Shown: positions 22,202 through 32,818, counted from the first letter of the stretch. The stretch is 64,000 nt of DNA from Candidatus Sumerlaeales bacterium (GCA_038243585.1 JBBSQY010000001.1:120369-184368); one strand, 5' to 3'. The notes: generated by a model from the sequence alone, not told the origin. Made by a program: numbers and translations.

Positions 22202-23581
22202 TCAGGCTTTCGGCCTCTGATTCCACGTAAGTCCAAGCAGCGCCATGGCGATAACACTCGATACCATCGCCGCATAAAGAGGTATGCTCCAGGCGGCTTC
22301 TTTTCCCAGCGTCGGGATATAGGTATCCAAAGCCTTTCCCGTCCCCCAGGAATATACGGCCTTTCCGACATACCCGAAGAGGCCGATAAAGCCGGCTGCC
22401 ACGCCAATGGCTTTCTTGGAAGTCAGATCCAGCGCCATGATCGTTATAAAGTTAATGACCGGGTAAATCATCAATCCAATCACAAACAGCAGACTAAGAT
22501 TCGCCCACATCATCCCATAGGTGTTACCGAAAATGGTAATCGTCATTGGCAGCACCGGCAGCAGAGCGAAAGCAGCAATGATCGGTATCATGCAGATTAC
22601 CGCCACCCGACCGCGACGCCCCCCCAATCTGTCTGAAAGATAACCAAGGGCGATCGTGCTGGGAATTCCACCCAATTCAATGGCTGCAATGGCGAAACTT
22701 CCCCCCATGATGTTCGCGTGCTTCACTTCGCGAAGATAGCTTGGACCCCAGTCGATCATCGCATATCGGCTGATATAGGCAAAGAAATTCGCTATGGCCA
22801 AAATCCATACAAACTTGTTTAGGAGTACGTAATCGAAAAAGAGCTCTTTAAAAGTGAAGTCCCGTTCATCGATGCCGTTCGCCCGCTCTTCGTCCGTATA
22901 ATCGTTTTTGTATTCTTCAATAGGTGGCAGACCTTCGGACTGAGGCGTATCCACCATTCGCCAAAACAGGTAGAGAGACATAATGGCGGTAATCGCGCCC
23001 GGCACATAAAAGGCGTATTGCCAACCGCCGAACTTATGAACCGACCAGGCCGCCAAAGACCCGGCTATGGCTCCGCCAAGGTTATGAGAGGTGTTCCATA
23101 TGCTAAAGGTCAGGCCGCGTTCACGTTCACTATACCAGTGGCCCATGCTTCGCCCGCAAGGCGGCCAGCCCATACCCTGCACAAAACCGTTCGCAGCGAA
23201 AATCATCAGATGGAGATTGTAATCAGAAGTCGCACCAAACGCAAAATTCATGATGGACGTGAGCAATAGACCGACCGCGATAAACACCCTCGGATTGCTC
23301 CGGTCTGAAAGCGCGCCCATGAAAAACTTACCGATACCATACGTAATGCCGGTCATGCCTATGATGCTGCCGATCATCTCGTTGGTATAGGCAAGCTGCG
23401 CCTGCATCTCCGGCTTGACGACATTTATGTTGTTCCGCACCAGGTAATAAGCGGCATAACCAAGAAAGGTTGCTTCCATGATGCGCCACCGCAGCTTTGG
23501 ATACTTGCGTTTTACTTCCGCGTCCGGCAGCCGCGGCACATGAGGCGCAGGCGCAAATAAGCGCTGAATGGGATTAGACAT
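22202..23581 (-). CDS. glpT: Organophosphate:Pi antiporter, GlpT-like MFS
   Basis: GYAAYYLVRNN, SDRSNPR, QGMGWPPCGR, WNTSHNLGG, DTPQSEGLPPIEEY, DWGPSYL, GFIGLFGY. Confidence 0.85.
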   Translation of the reverse strand: MSNPIQRLFAPAPHVPRLPDAEVKRKYPKLRWRIMEATFLGYAAYYLVRNNINVVKPEMQAQLAYTNEMIGSIIGMTGITYGIGKFFMGALSDRSNPRVFIAVGLLLTSIMNFAFGATSDYNLHLMIFAANGFVQGMGWPPCGRSMGHWYSERERGLTFSIWNTSHNLGGAIAGSLAAWSVHKFGGWQYAFYVPGAITAIMSLYLFWRMVDTPQSEGLPPIEEYKNDYTDEERANGIDERDFTFKELFFDYVLLNKFVWILAIANFFAYISRYAMIDWGPSYLREVKHANIMGGSFAIAAIELGGIPSTIALGYLSDRLGGRRGRVAVICMIPIIAAFALLPVLPMTITIFGNTYGMMWANLSLLFVIGLMIYPVINFITIMALDLTSKKAIGVAAGFIGLFGYVGKAVYSWGTGKALDTYIPTLGKEAAWSIPLYAAMVSSVIAMALLGLTWNQRPKA

Positions 23582-23714
23582 TTAATTACCAGCCTCAAAA
23601 TTAATAAGCCAGCCCCAAACCGGGCCGCTACGGGTTAAACAACAAAAACAGAACCCCACGCGGTCAACCACCAAATATCAAAACGTCTAATTATTCGAGA
23701 ATTTCCACTACGCA

Positions 23715-23776
23715 GAAGCAGCATAGACAACCGAAGTAGCACAGCCGTCTGAAGTAGCATAGGCGTCCCGCCTGTG
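23715..23776 (+). repeat. REP family A copy preceded by two 18-nt partial duplications
   Basis: gaagcagcatagacaacc / gaagtagcacagccgtct / gaagtagcataggcgtcccgcctgtg. Confidence 0.8.
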
Positions 23777-23863
23777 TAAGCGCAGACACTCGAAGCGCCT
23801 CCGCCTCAAAACCTTCCACGCTTCTCACCAACCTACCAACCAACCAACATTCCCCCAGCCAAC

Positions 23864-24742
23864 CTACCGACCGACTGCCTCCACCATCTTCCTCATCTCC
23901 CGTGCCGTCTCCACCACCGAAGGCCCCAGCAACATCGCGCGCGCGTTCTTCCACTCATACACGTGACCAGACCGCACAGCGCGAACAGTCGAAAGCCCCG
24001 ACCATATACCAGCATCCCTGACCGGCGCGCTCCCGCCTGCCGTCGATTCTCCACCGCTCATATCAATGACCAGCGAAGGATTTGCCCTGATAATTTCTTC
24101 CCGGCTCACGGCCGCGCCTCCGCCCACCGCCAGCCGCCCTCCGGCAATCTCAAAAAGCTCTCCCAGGAAATTGCCCGCAGCTGCCTGATACATCCCCCGC
24201 AAGGCTGCGGAATCACGGCTCACGATTACTAATCCAACAACACAAGACGTCTCCGCAGCGCCACCGAAAGATCGCTTCTCCGCAACCTCATGCAGCCCCG
24301 CCTTTATATCCCGGCCGAGCGCCCCCGCCGCCGCGGTCCTTCCCGTAATTGTCCCCAGCCTGTCAATCGCGCTGTACATATCCGCAAGCGAATCAACCTG
24401 AAACAACTCCGACCTAACGCCCAACTGCTTAAGCCGCGAAGCAAAATCCGTCTGACTCCGATAAAGAAGAACAACAGTGGGGCGCAGGCGCAGGACGGCT
24501 TCAAGCCCCGGATTCACCAGCCCACCCACCGAAGGACGTTCGGACGCGGCAGCGGGAAATCGGCAATAGTCACTTACGCCGACCACCTGATCACCGGCGC
24601 CGATAGCAAACGAAATCTCCGTCAGATTAGGCACAAGAGAAACAATACGCGTGGTGGCATCATCCGCCTGGGGCTCGGCAACAGCTAAAGCCCCGCTCAA
24701 TGACGCCACAACCGCCAGCGCCAGACAAAACAACCGGAGCAT
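23864..24742 (-). CDS. Cobalamin/iron ABC substrate-binding protein (BtuF-like)
   Basis: RIVSLVPNLTEI.FAIGAGDQVVGVSDYC.FP, VGG..NP, AVRSGHVY, GP; start uncertain. Confidence 0.88.
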   Translation of the reverse strand: MLRLFCLALAVVASLSGALAVAEPQADDATTRIVSLVPNLTEISFAIGAGDQVVGVSDYCRFPAAASERPSVGGLVNPGLEAVLRLRPTVVLLYRSQTDFASRLKQLGVRSELFQVDSLADMYSAIDRLGTITGRTAAAGALGRDIKAGLHEVAEKRSFGGAAETSCVVGLVIVSRDSAALRGMYQAAAGNFLGELFEIAGGRLAVGGGAAVSREEIIRANPSLVIDMSGGESTAGGSAPVRDAGIWSGLSTVRAVRSGHVYEWKNARAMLLGPSVVETAREMRKMVEAVGR

Positions 24743-24761
24743 CAGCCTAAGCGGAAACAAC

Positions 24762-25526
24762 TTATCCAGCCAAATCCTCCGGAGCATTTCGCCGAAGATG
24801 CACGGGCGGCTGCTTCTTTGTCCGGATCTTCAGGTTCAGCATTTCTACGCCAATCGAAAACGCCATGGCAAAGTACGTATAGCCCTTAGGAACGTGATGT
24901 CCAAGACCGTCCGCGATCAGATTAACACCGATAAGAATCAGGAACGCCAGGGCCAGCATCTTAACCGTAGGATGCTTCTCCACAAAGTCAGACACCCATT
25001 TAGAAAACAGCAACATGAATCCAATAGCGATCACAACCGCCGCTATCATCACCCAGAGCTCCTTCGCCATCCCCACCGCGGTAATGACCGAATCAAGAGA
25101 AAACACCAGATCAATAACCACGATCTGGGCAATCACGCTGGAGAAAGAAGCATGCACCTTTTTAACCTCGTGCTCATCTTCCCCTTCAAGCTTATTATGA
25201 ATTTCATGAGTAGCTTTTGCAATCAGGAAAAGTCCACCCAGCAACAAAATCAGATCTTTGCCAGACACCCCATGGCCCATAACCGAAAACCACGGTTTCG
25301 TTAAGCCCATAATCCACACAATAGACAGCAATAGCAGAACACGCATAACCATGGCCAGCAGCAGACCCACCACTCGCGCCTTATCCCGCTTCTCTTCCGG
25401 CAGCCGTCCCGCCAATATCGAAATAAACACAATATTGTCAATGCCCAACACAACTTCCAGCAACGTAAGCGTCAGAAGAGCAATCCACGATTCAGGGCTC
25501 GACAGCGCCTGTAAAATCTGATCCAT
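24762..25526 (-). CDS. TerC family membrane protein
   Basis: LEVVLGIDNIVFISI, DLVFSLDSVITAVGM, HPTVKMLALAFL, KGYTYFAMAFS. Confidence 0.95.
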   Translation of the reverse strand: MDQILQALSSPESWIALLTLTLLEVVLGIDNIVFISILAGRLPEEKRDKARVVGLLLAMVMRVLLLLSIVWIMGLTKPWFSVMGHGVSGKDLILLLGGLFLIAKATHEIHNKLEGEDEHEVKKVHASFSSVIAQIVVIDLVFSLDSVITAVGMAKELWVMIAAVVIAIGFMLLFSKWVSDFVEKHPTVKMLALAFLILIGVNLIADGLGHHVPKGYTYFAMAFSIGVEMLNLKIRTKKQPPVHLRRNAPEDLAG

Positions 25527-25608
25527 TATTATCTGAAACTCCGTGCGTGGTTTAGTTAGTTGACGGCATTAGACTACATAGGGCCAAAATCTTCTGCGAA
25601 ATATGCTT

Positions 25609-26394
25609 CTATTGCTTTTGCTCTTGTTCGCGTTTTCGAGTCTTCATGCCAAACTTTACGGCGCCAAATCGCAACATCCACGGCCGAAATACGGCCTCCC
25701 CGATAACCCGCGTCCCCATTTTCGACTGGCCCTCACGTCGCTCCGTATAGATAATTGGCACTTCAACGATCGTCAACCTGCGCAGGTACAAAATATAGAG
25801 AACCTCCGCCAGAAACGAATACCCTACGCTACGCACCCGATTACAGAGCACAGCCTCCACGGCAGTTCGGTTATATGCCCTGAACCCGCTGGTAATATCC
25901 TGCACTGGCATGCCCAGAATTATCTGTAGATAACGGTTCGCAAACAGGCTCAGCAACAGACGAGATATCTGCCAGTTAAGTACCCGCACTCCCTGCGCAT
26001 AACGGGAGCCAATAGCCACATCTGCCCCCCGCAGCCCCTCAAGCAGTTCAGGGATATCCGCCGGATTATGAGAATAATCCGCATCCAGCGTCACGACCTG
26101 GCCGGCTCCCATTTCCAGCGCCAGCTCCAGTCCGGCCAATATCGCCGTACCATAGCCTAGCTTCCCCGCCCGCACCAGCGCCACCAAGCGATCGTTTCCC
26201 TTCATCCACACATCCAGCATAGCCGGAGTTCCGTCTGGCGAATTATCATCAACAACAATGATTTGCACATCGGGGTTATCCCGCAGCAATTGTGGCAGCA
26301 GCTTCTCAAGATTTGGAAGCTCGTTATAGGTCGCAAGCACGATCGCCGTTTTTATGTGTCCGCTCGGTGGGGTGTTCAAACCCTTGTCCTGCAA
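25609..26394 (-). CDS. Polyprenol-phosphate mannose synthase-like GT2
   Basis: TYNE, VDDNSPDGT, GKLGYGTA, DADYSH, GSRY, DITSGFRAY, ERREGQSKM. Confidence 0.92.
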   Translation of the reverse strand: MQDKGLNTPPSGHIKTAIVLATYNELPNLEKLLPQLLRDNPDVQIIVVDDNSPDGTPAMLDVWMKGNDRLVALVRAGKLGYGTAILAGLELALEMGAGQVVTLDADYSHNPADIPELLEGLRGADVAIGSRYAQGVRVLNWQISRLLLSLFANRYLQIILGMPVQDITSGFRAYNRTAVEAVLCNRVRSVGYSFLAEVLYILYLRRLTIVEVPIIYTERREGQSKMGTRVIGEAVFRPWMLRFGAVKFGMKTRKREQEQKQ

Positions 26395-26501
26395 TTAGGC
26401 GGCAAATTGTTCATCGCATGAATAGTTCAGTTCTTGCAGAGTCTGTAGAAATAGTTCACTGGACAAAATACTTCAAACTTGAACAACGTGGAATTAAACT
26501 T

Positions 26502-27014
26502 ATGGTAAATCTAAAGCAGTTACGTTCCCTGAACGATGTTTTCAGCAACGTCATGAAACAAATTTTTCTCACCCCGGCCAGCAGTGACGAAAATCAAAAT
26601 GATGTAACCTGGGCCCAGCGCAAGATTCTTTTGTTAATTGAATCCTGCGGCCCGCAGAAAATGTCCGACATCGCGAAACAGATTTCGGTTACAATGTCCG
26701 GAGCCACAGCCGTTGTGGACAAAATGGTCAAAACCCGCCTCGTAACCCGGGAATTCGACCCTACTGATCGCCGGGTCGTGCTCATTGCCATGAGTGAAGT
26801 CGGCCGCGCCACCATGCTGGAAAGCGTTCGCGTTCAGGAGCGCTGCTTTGAAGCGGTTTTGGATCGTCTGGCTCCGGAAAAACGTACAGAACTTTTAAAG
26901 CATTTTGAGAGAATCCACCAGCTCCTTGAAGAGATTCAAACCTGCGAGGGTGACATCGGCGCTACGGGCATGGATCATCAAGCCGGCGCGGCGATGTCTA
27001 ATCGCGGCGTATAA
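26502..27014 (+). CDS. MarR family transcriptional regulator
   Basis: VTWAQ..IL, ATAVVDKMV, DPTDRRVVLI..SEVGR. Confidence 0.9.
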   Translation: MVNLKQLRSLNDVFSNVMKQIFLTPASSDENQNDVTWAQRKILLLIESCGPQKMSDIAKQISVTMSGATAVVDKMVKTRLVTREFDPTDRRVVLIAMSEVGRATMLESVRVQERCFEAVLDRLAPEKRTELLKHFERIHQLLEEIQTCEGDIGATGMDHQAGAAMSNRGV

Positions 27015-27057
27015 CGAACCCATGCATTCGCAGACGAAAAATGGCGGGATTGATTCC

Positions 27058-28272
27058 ATGAGACTACACAGGTTCACTAAAATACCAGTTCTTTTGGCAC
27101 TGGCGGCAATGCCGTTATTGGCCGCGTGCGATAAAGCCGACGCATCTAAAGCAGCCTTGGGCGAGGCAAAGCCGTCCGTACAGGCAGTTGTAAAAGAAGA
27201 CGTCGCTACCACAACAGCGGAGCAAATCACCATGCCCAAAACGGTCTGGCTAACCGGCTCGCTCGCCGCGGATGAACAAAGCGACGTGGCTGGCAAGCGA
27301 ACCGGCATTATCGGGAAAGTGATGATTGATCGTGGTTCAGTCGTTAAACAGGGAGATGACCTGGTCCAACTGGACACCACCGATGCTGTTAACAACCTCG
27401 AGGCATCAGAAGCAAAGGCAACGGAACTGCTTGTCCGTCTGGGACTGAATTCTCCCACCGATAAATTTAATCCCGCAAAACAGCCTGACGTGCAGGCGGC
27501 CAAGGCCACGCTTGACCTCACACAAAGTAATTTTGAACGCGATCAGCAGCTCATTAAATCAAAGGTTATTTCGCCCGGAGAATTTGACCAGACAAGAAAC
27601 CTCTATAATACAGCCCGGCAAAAGTACGATCTTGCCGTCGCCCAGGCCAATCAGCTTTACCGACAATATCAGACGGCGCTCACAAGCATAAAGGCGTCGC
27701 AACAACAGCTGAAGGACATGACCATAAAAGCGCCTTTTGATGGTGCCGTCGTAGAGCGACTGGTCTCGCCCGGCGAGGCCCTGGCCACTGGCGCACGAGT
27801 GGTAAGCATGGTACGCATCAATCCATTACGATTACTGCTCAACGTCCCCGAACAGGAAGTCGGCAAGATGCATGAGGGACAAAAGGTAAATTTTAAAGTA
27901 GACGCGTTTCCTGACGGCCGTTTTCAAGGCGTCATTAAACGCATTAGTCCCGCCCTCGATGCGGAAACCCGCACCCTTATCATCGAGGCGGAAGTGCCAA
28001 ATGAAGAACGAATCTTGAAACCGGGCCTTTTCGCCACAGCGCAGGTCGAGCTGGAAGCGGAGCGGCCAGGAGTAAGAGTGCCTGCCAGCGCTGTCCGCCG
28101 TCGCAATGATGTTGCTCAGGTTTTTGTGGTGGACGAAGGCGTAGCCCGCGCCGCGATGGTGGTAGCAGGAGAACCCAAACGAGGTTTTGTAGAAGTGGTT
28201 GAAGGCCTCAAAGGCGGAGAAACCATCGTAAGCAATGCCGCCGAAGTAGAAGACGGCATCCGTATCCAGTAG
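27058..28272 (+). CDS. RND efflux membrane fusion protein (lipoprotein)
   Basis: Lipobox LAAC, IKAPFDG, VDAFP, ISPALDAETRT, LKPGLF, GLKGGE. Confidence 0.93.
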   Translation: MRLHRFTKIPVLLALAAMPLLAACDKADASKAALGEAKPSVQAVVKEDVATTTAEQITMPKTVWLTGSLAADEQSDVAGKRTGIIGKVMIDRGSVVKQGDDLVQLDTTDAVNNLEASEAKATELLVRLGLNSPTDKFNPAKQPDVQAAKATLDLTQSNFERDQQLIKSKVISPGEFDQTRNLYNTARQKYDLAVAQANQLYRQYQTALTSIKASQQQLKDMTIKAPFDGAVVERLVSPGEALATGARVVSMVRINPLRLLLNVPEQEVGKMHEGQKVNFKVDAFPDGRFQGVIKRISPALDAETRTLIIEAEVPNEERILKPGLFATAQVELEAERPGVRVPASAVRRRNDVAQVFVVDEGVARAAMVVAGEPKRGFVEVVEGLKGGETIVSNAAEVEDGIRIQ

Positions 28273-28372
28273 GATTAAGATGAACACTCGCGCCCGTCCC
28301 AATCCCAAACACTTTTCACCAGCAAAACGCCAAAACGTCTGCGCTATTTTTGCCAGATAAAGGAATTACCCA

Positions 28373-31300
28373 ATGCAAAAACTCGCTGAAATCTGTATCC
28401 GCCGACCGGTATTCGCCTCTGTACTCGTGCTACTGCTCTGCGTCACTGGCCTGTTCGGCTACTCAAAGCTGGGCATCGACCGCTACCCCGACATCGAACT
28501 TCCCTTTGTTACCGTAAGCACCGCGCTCCCGGGCGCCGCCGTGGAAGAGATGGAGACCGAAGTCACCGACCCCATCGAGGAAGCAATTAACACGGTCAGC
28601 GGCATAAAAGAACTGCGCTCCACCAGCATGGAAGGCGTCAGTCAGATTTTCATCGAGTTTGAACTGGAAAAGGATCCGGACGTAGCCACCCAGGAGGTGC
28701 GCGACCGCATCAGCCGCATCCTTACGCAGTTGCCCGAAGACATTGACGATCCCGTCATTCAGAAAGTTGATCCTGACTCCCGCCCGGTAATAACTATCGC
28801 TATAAGCGCGGATCGCCCCCTGCGAGAGATTACAGAATACGCAGACAAAACCCTGCGCCGCCGTCTTGAAGGCGCCTACGGCGTGGGCGAAGTTCAGGTA
28901 GTCGGTGGCGAAGAACGCCAGGTTAACGTATTCGTAAAGCCCGAACGTCTCCGCGCCGAAGGCCTGAGTATTACCGACATATCCAACGCGCTCCGGAGAG
29001 AAAACGCCCAGTTGCCCGGCGGAACCATCAAACGCGGCGCTCAGGAATTTACCGTGCGTACCCTTGGCCGGGTCATTGAAGTGGATGATCTGAAACGCCT
29101 GCCCGTCGGACGCAAAGGCGATCGCACCGTCACCGTAGCCGACGTCGCCACGGTGGAAGACGGCATCATTGAAAAAAACAGCGTGGCCGAACTCAACGGT
29201 GAACCAACCGTTCTTCTGCGCATCCGCAAGCAATCGAAAACCAACACCGTCGCAGTGGTTGAAGCCGTAAAAGAGCGCATCTCAGAGATGGAGGCCGACC
29301 TGCCCGACGGATACGCCTTCCAGGTGCTGGGCGACGACTCCGTATTCATCAACGCCTCACTGCATAACGTGCAGGAACATCTTATTGTCGGCAGCGCCCT
29401 CGCCGCCCTGGTCGTGCTGATGTTCCTCGCCAGTTGGAGATCGACATTTATCGCGGCTGTCGCAATCCCTATCAGCGTGGTAAGCACCTTCGGTCTAATG
29501 TGGGCCGTGGGCCTCAGCCTCAACGTCGTTACGCTGCTCGCCCTGACCCTGTCTGTGGGCATAGTCGTCGACGACGCCATCGTTGTGCTGGAAAATATTT
29601 ACCGTTTTATAGAAGAGAAAGGTTATGGCCCCTACGAAGCGGCTGTCCATGCCACCCGCGAAATCGGACTGGCAGTTCTATCTATTACCCTAAGTCTAAT
29701 CGCTGTGTTTTTGCCCATCGCTTTCATGGACGGCATAGTCGGCATTTACATGGAATCTTTCGGCGTCACCATGAGCTTCGCCATCGCTGTCAGCTTGTTG
29801 GTCAGCTTTACACTGACACCGATGCTCAGCGCCCGAATGCTGCGCAAGCCGAAACACGACAGCAAGCACACCGGCGAACTGGAAACTGGCAATGATACAA
29901 ATAATGCCTTGGCCATCTCAGCCCCACCGACCAAAAAGAAACGCTGGTATCACCGCTTGGCCCCTTACGCTCTGATCGAATCCACGTATATGTGGCTGCT
30001 GCGCCTGACCTTGAGACACCGCTGGATCATTGTCATTGTGTCCTTTGGCGCTCTTGCGTCCATCCCCTGGCTTACTAAAAACGTGAACAAAAACTTTATG
30101 CCCCAGGATGACCAGTCAGAATTTGAAATCAGCATACGCGCTCCCGAAGGCACCAGCCTGGAATCGACCCAGCTTATAGTTCACCGAATCGCCGCAGAGG
30201 TGTTTAAGCTCCAGGGCGTCGAATACACAGAATCCAGCGCCGGCGGCCGGGATGCATCCAACGAAGGGGAAGTAGATGTGGGTCTCCTCGACGTGGAAGA
30301 TCGCGCCTTCACGCAGTTCGAATTGATGAAACACGTCCGCGAAAACATTCTCCCGAAATACGAGAAGAAACACAACCTGCGCAGCGCAAAAGTAGGCGAG
30401 GGAGGCGGAGGCGGAGGTGGCGGCGGCAGCGCCATCGAGTACGTGTTTACCGGCCCGGAATTCGACAAGCTTGAACAGTATTCCGCCCAGATCATGGCGA
30501 AGCTTAAAGAAGTTCCCGGTGCCGTCGACGTTGATTCCTCCCTTGTTATCGGGAAACCCCAATATGGTATCACCATCAACAGGCCGAAGGCTGCCGAGCT
30601 GGGCGTAAGCGTTACCAACATAGCTCAGACCATGCGAATCCTGGTGGCCGGAAACGAAGTCAGCAGCTACAACGAAGGCGGCGAACGCTACGACGTCAAC
30701 CTGCGCGGATCCCCGGAAATGCGAAATAATCCGGACCTGCTTTCCCAGGTAACAGTCCCCAGCACCCGCCTCGGGACGGTCCCCATTACCGACGTGATCG
30801 ATTTCCAACCCGGCACCGGCCCCACCGAAATCGAACGCCTCAACCGCCGGCGCCAGATCACTGTAAGCGCCGGCGTCGAGCCCGGCTTTTCCCAGCAGAA
30901 GGTCATCGACGTCGCCAACGCCGCCGCAAAAGCCCTGACCCTGGATGCTGGCTACACCACCAGCCTGTCCGGCTCGTCCAAAAATCTCGACGAATCAACC
31001 CAGGCTTTCTTCACAGTCTTTATCCTGTCGCTCGTCTTCATGTACCTGATAATCGCCGCACAGTTTGAAAGCTGGCTGAACCCGTTTATTATCCTGCTCT
31101 CACTGCCGCTCACGGTCCCGTTCGCGCTGTTTGCGGTCTACATCACCAATGAATCCCTGAATATCTTTTCCATGCTCGGCGTCCTCGTGCTGTTCGCAGT
31201 GGTTAAGAAAAACGGTATCCTGCAGATCGACCATACCAACCAGCTGAGAGGTACCGGAATGGAACGTACCGCCGCCATATTGCAGGCAAATAAGGACAGG

Positions 31301-31585
31301 CTTCGTCCAATCCTCATGACCACTATCGCCTTTGTAGCCGGCATGATTCCCCTCGCGGTATCCACCGGCGTAGGTTCCGCAACAAATCACACCATCGCGA
31401 CGGTAGTTATCGGGGGCCAGACCCTCTCCCTGCTACTAACCCTTCTGGCCATTCCCGTAGCCTACTCACTGTTCGACGACGCAGCCACCAGCCGCGTGTG
31501 GAAATGGATCAGTGGCAGATTCGGCGCCATGTTTGGAAACCAGGCAGAAGCCCCCTTAGAAAACCAAACCGCCACAGAAGCCTGA
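28373..31585 (+). CDS. RND efflux permease (AcrB/MdtC-like)
   Basis: IRRPVFA, GIVVDDAIVVLENI, VSFTLTPML, AQFES, KKNGIL, RLRPILMTT. Confidence 0.97.
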   Translation: MQKLAEICIRRPVFASVLVLLLCVTGLFGYSKLGIDRYPDIELPFVTVSTALPGAAVEEMETEVTDPIEEAINTVSGIKELRSTSMEGVSQIFIEFELEKDPDVATQEVRDRISRILTQLPEDIDDPVIQKVDPDSRPVITIAISADRPLREITEYADKTLRRRLEGAYGVGEVQVVGGEERQVNVFVKPERLRAEGLSITDISNALRRENAQLPGGTIKRGAQEFTVRTLGRVIEVDDLKRLPVGRKGDRTVTVADVATVEDGIIEKNSVAELNGEPTVLLRIRKQSKTNTVAVVEAVKERISEMEADLPDGYAFQVLGDDSVFINASLHNVQEHLIVGSALAALVVLMFLASWRSTFIAAVAIPISVVSTFGLMWAVGLSLNVVTLLALTLSVGIVVDDAIVVLENIYRFIEEKGYGPYEAAVHATREIGLAVLSITLSLIAVFLPIAFMDGIVGIYMESFGVTMSFAIAVSLLVSFTLTPMLSARMLRKPKHDSKHTGELETGNDTNNALAISAPPTKKKRWYHRLAPYALIESTYMWLLRLTLRHRWIIVIVSFGALASIPWLTKNVNKNFMPQDDQSEFEISIRAPEGTSLESTQLIVHRIAAEVFKLQGVEYTESSAGGRDASNEGEVDVGLLDVEDRAFTQFELMKHVRENILPKYEKKHNLRSAKVGEGGGGGGGGGSAIEYVFTGPEFDKLEQYSAQIMAKLKEVPGAVDVDSSLVIGKPQYGITINRPKAAELGVSVTNIAQTMRILVAGNEVSSYNEGGERYDVNLRGSPEMRNNPDLLSQVTVPSTRLGTVPITDVIDFQPGTGPTEIERLNRRRQITVSAGVEPGFSQQKVIDVANAAAKALTLDAGYTTSLSGSSKNLDESTQAFFTVFILSLVFMYLIIAAQFESWLNPFIILLSLPLTVPFALFAVYITNESLNIFSMLGVLVLFAVVKKNGILQIDHTNQLRGTGMERTAAILQANKDRLRPILMTTIAFVAGMIPLAVSTGVGSATNHTIATVVIGGQTLSLLLTLLAIPVAYSLFDDAATSRVWKWISGRFGAMFGNQAEAPLENQTATEA

Positions 31586-31636
31586 CAGGCATAAACGCCC
31601 CGCGCGATCGATCAATGGAGGCAACTGTGCTGGTAA

Positions 31637-32467
31637 TTATGACTCATTCGGGCTGAACACGACCTTTGAAGAGACAAAATAATGATCACTCGGATAAATC
31701 CCATTTTCACTATCACGAATGATCTCCCCCTCTTTCGGCTCGACGGTTCCACGGAAGAAAATGTAGTCGATTTTAGCGCCTTTGCCCGCCGCCATTTTAT
31801 CCGCGACTTTAAATCCATGACCGGTGAAGCCAGGCTCTTCTGTGCCATGCACGGCTTCATAGGTATCCTTCCAACCAGCATCACGGAGGATCCCGTGCTC
31901 CCGCGAAGTTCTAAACGAGTTAAAATCGCCACAAAGCAATTGCGGAAAATGCGCCTGATATTGACCGGTTTCTTCAGCAATGATTTTGGCCTCTTCGAGG
32001 CGGAGAACCTCCTTTAAAGTCCAGTGAGTATTAAGAACACGGAACTCTTGGCGAGAACTACGATCTTTCAGCCGCACCCACGTCACATGACGCGGCAGCG
32101 CATCTCCCGGCAATCGAGTTCCGGCAATATGTGGAGTAGAAGAAAGCCAATAAGTCCCCGCCGACGTCCGTTCATAACGGTCTCTCGAATACAGGATTAC
32201 ATTCTTAATGGCCTGAAACCGTCGCGGATCCGTATCAACATAAGGGTCCGCGTATCCGAACGAATCCATTCCCGGAAACGCTTTTTGAAAGTCCAGATTC
32301 TGTTGCCGCCCCACTTCCTGCAGGCAAAGAATATCTGGATTCCGAGACTTGATAATCCTCTCGCAGATTTTCCAACGCCCGGCATTCCAGTCAACAGATG
32401 TGCCTGAATGCTCCGGCAAATCCAACAGAATGTTGCAGCTCAATATACAGTGAAAATTCTCAGTCAT
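31637..32467 (-). CDS. Endonuclease/exonuclease/phosphatase family protein
   Basis: SCNI, PDILCLQE, NTH, GDFN, IDYIF, PSDHY. Confidence 0.92.
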   Translation of the reverse strand: MTENFHCILSCNILLDLPEHSGTSVDWNAGRWKICERIIKSRNPDILCLQEVGRQQNLDFQKAFPGMDSFGYADPYVDTDPRRFQAIKNVILYSRDRYERTSAGTYWLSSTPHIAGTRLPGDALPRHVTWVRLKDRSSRQEFRVLNTHWTLKEVLRLEEAKIIAEETGQYQAHFPQLLCGDFNSFRTSREHGILRDAGWKDTYEAVHGTEEPGFTGHGFKVADKMAAGKGAKIDYIFFRGTVEPKEGEIIRDSENGIYPSDHYFVSSKVVFSPNES

Positions 32468-32545
32468 CAGTTTCCTGCTGTTAACGGCAATCCTAAAATT
32501 AACCCGGCAACACAGTAATTAATCATACCAAGCCATCCCCGCCAA

Positions 32546-32661
32546 GAAGTACCATAACCATCCCGCCAGTGTAGCTTTCAACGCCCCAAGAAGTAGCATA
32601 GGCGTCCCGTCTGTGTCGCTTTCAACGCCCCAATGAAGTAGCATAGGCGTCCCGCCTGTGT
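32546..32661 (+). repeat. Tandem cluster of about 44-nt units each carrying REP family A
   Basis: gctttcaacgccccaa(t)gaagtagcataggcgtcccg(t/c)ctgtgt at 32574 and 32618; degenerate copy at 32546. Confidence 0.85.
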
Positions 32662-32818
32662 AATCCGCTTACCGCCTATCGCTTACCACACAACCCAAGC
32701 AGCCTCTGACCACTTACAATCGGCAATCATTTCAACGCCCGATATTTTAGACGCATCGGTGCCAATTTGTTGCGACTTAATACTACGTGCATAAACAAGG
32801 ACCGCATTGCTTGAAGTA

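Noticed and set aside
23691..23954. ORF with repeated RLCYF peptide as a RiPP precursor
   Set aside because: It is the reverse translation of the duplicated REP ends; no modifying enzymes nearby.
30395..30430. Poly-Gly tract in the RND permease as a phase-variable site
   Set aside because: Mixed Gly codons, in frame, in a loop often Gly-rich in this family.
32574..32661. About 44-nt direct repeats as a CRISPR array
   Set aside because: Units are contiguous with no unique spacers, no cas genes are present, and the core is the dispersed REP.
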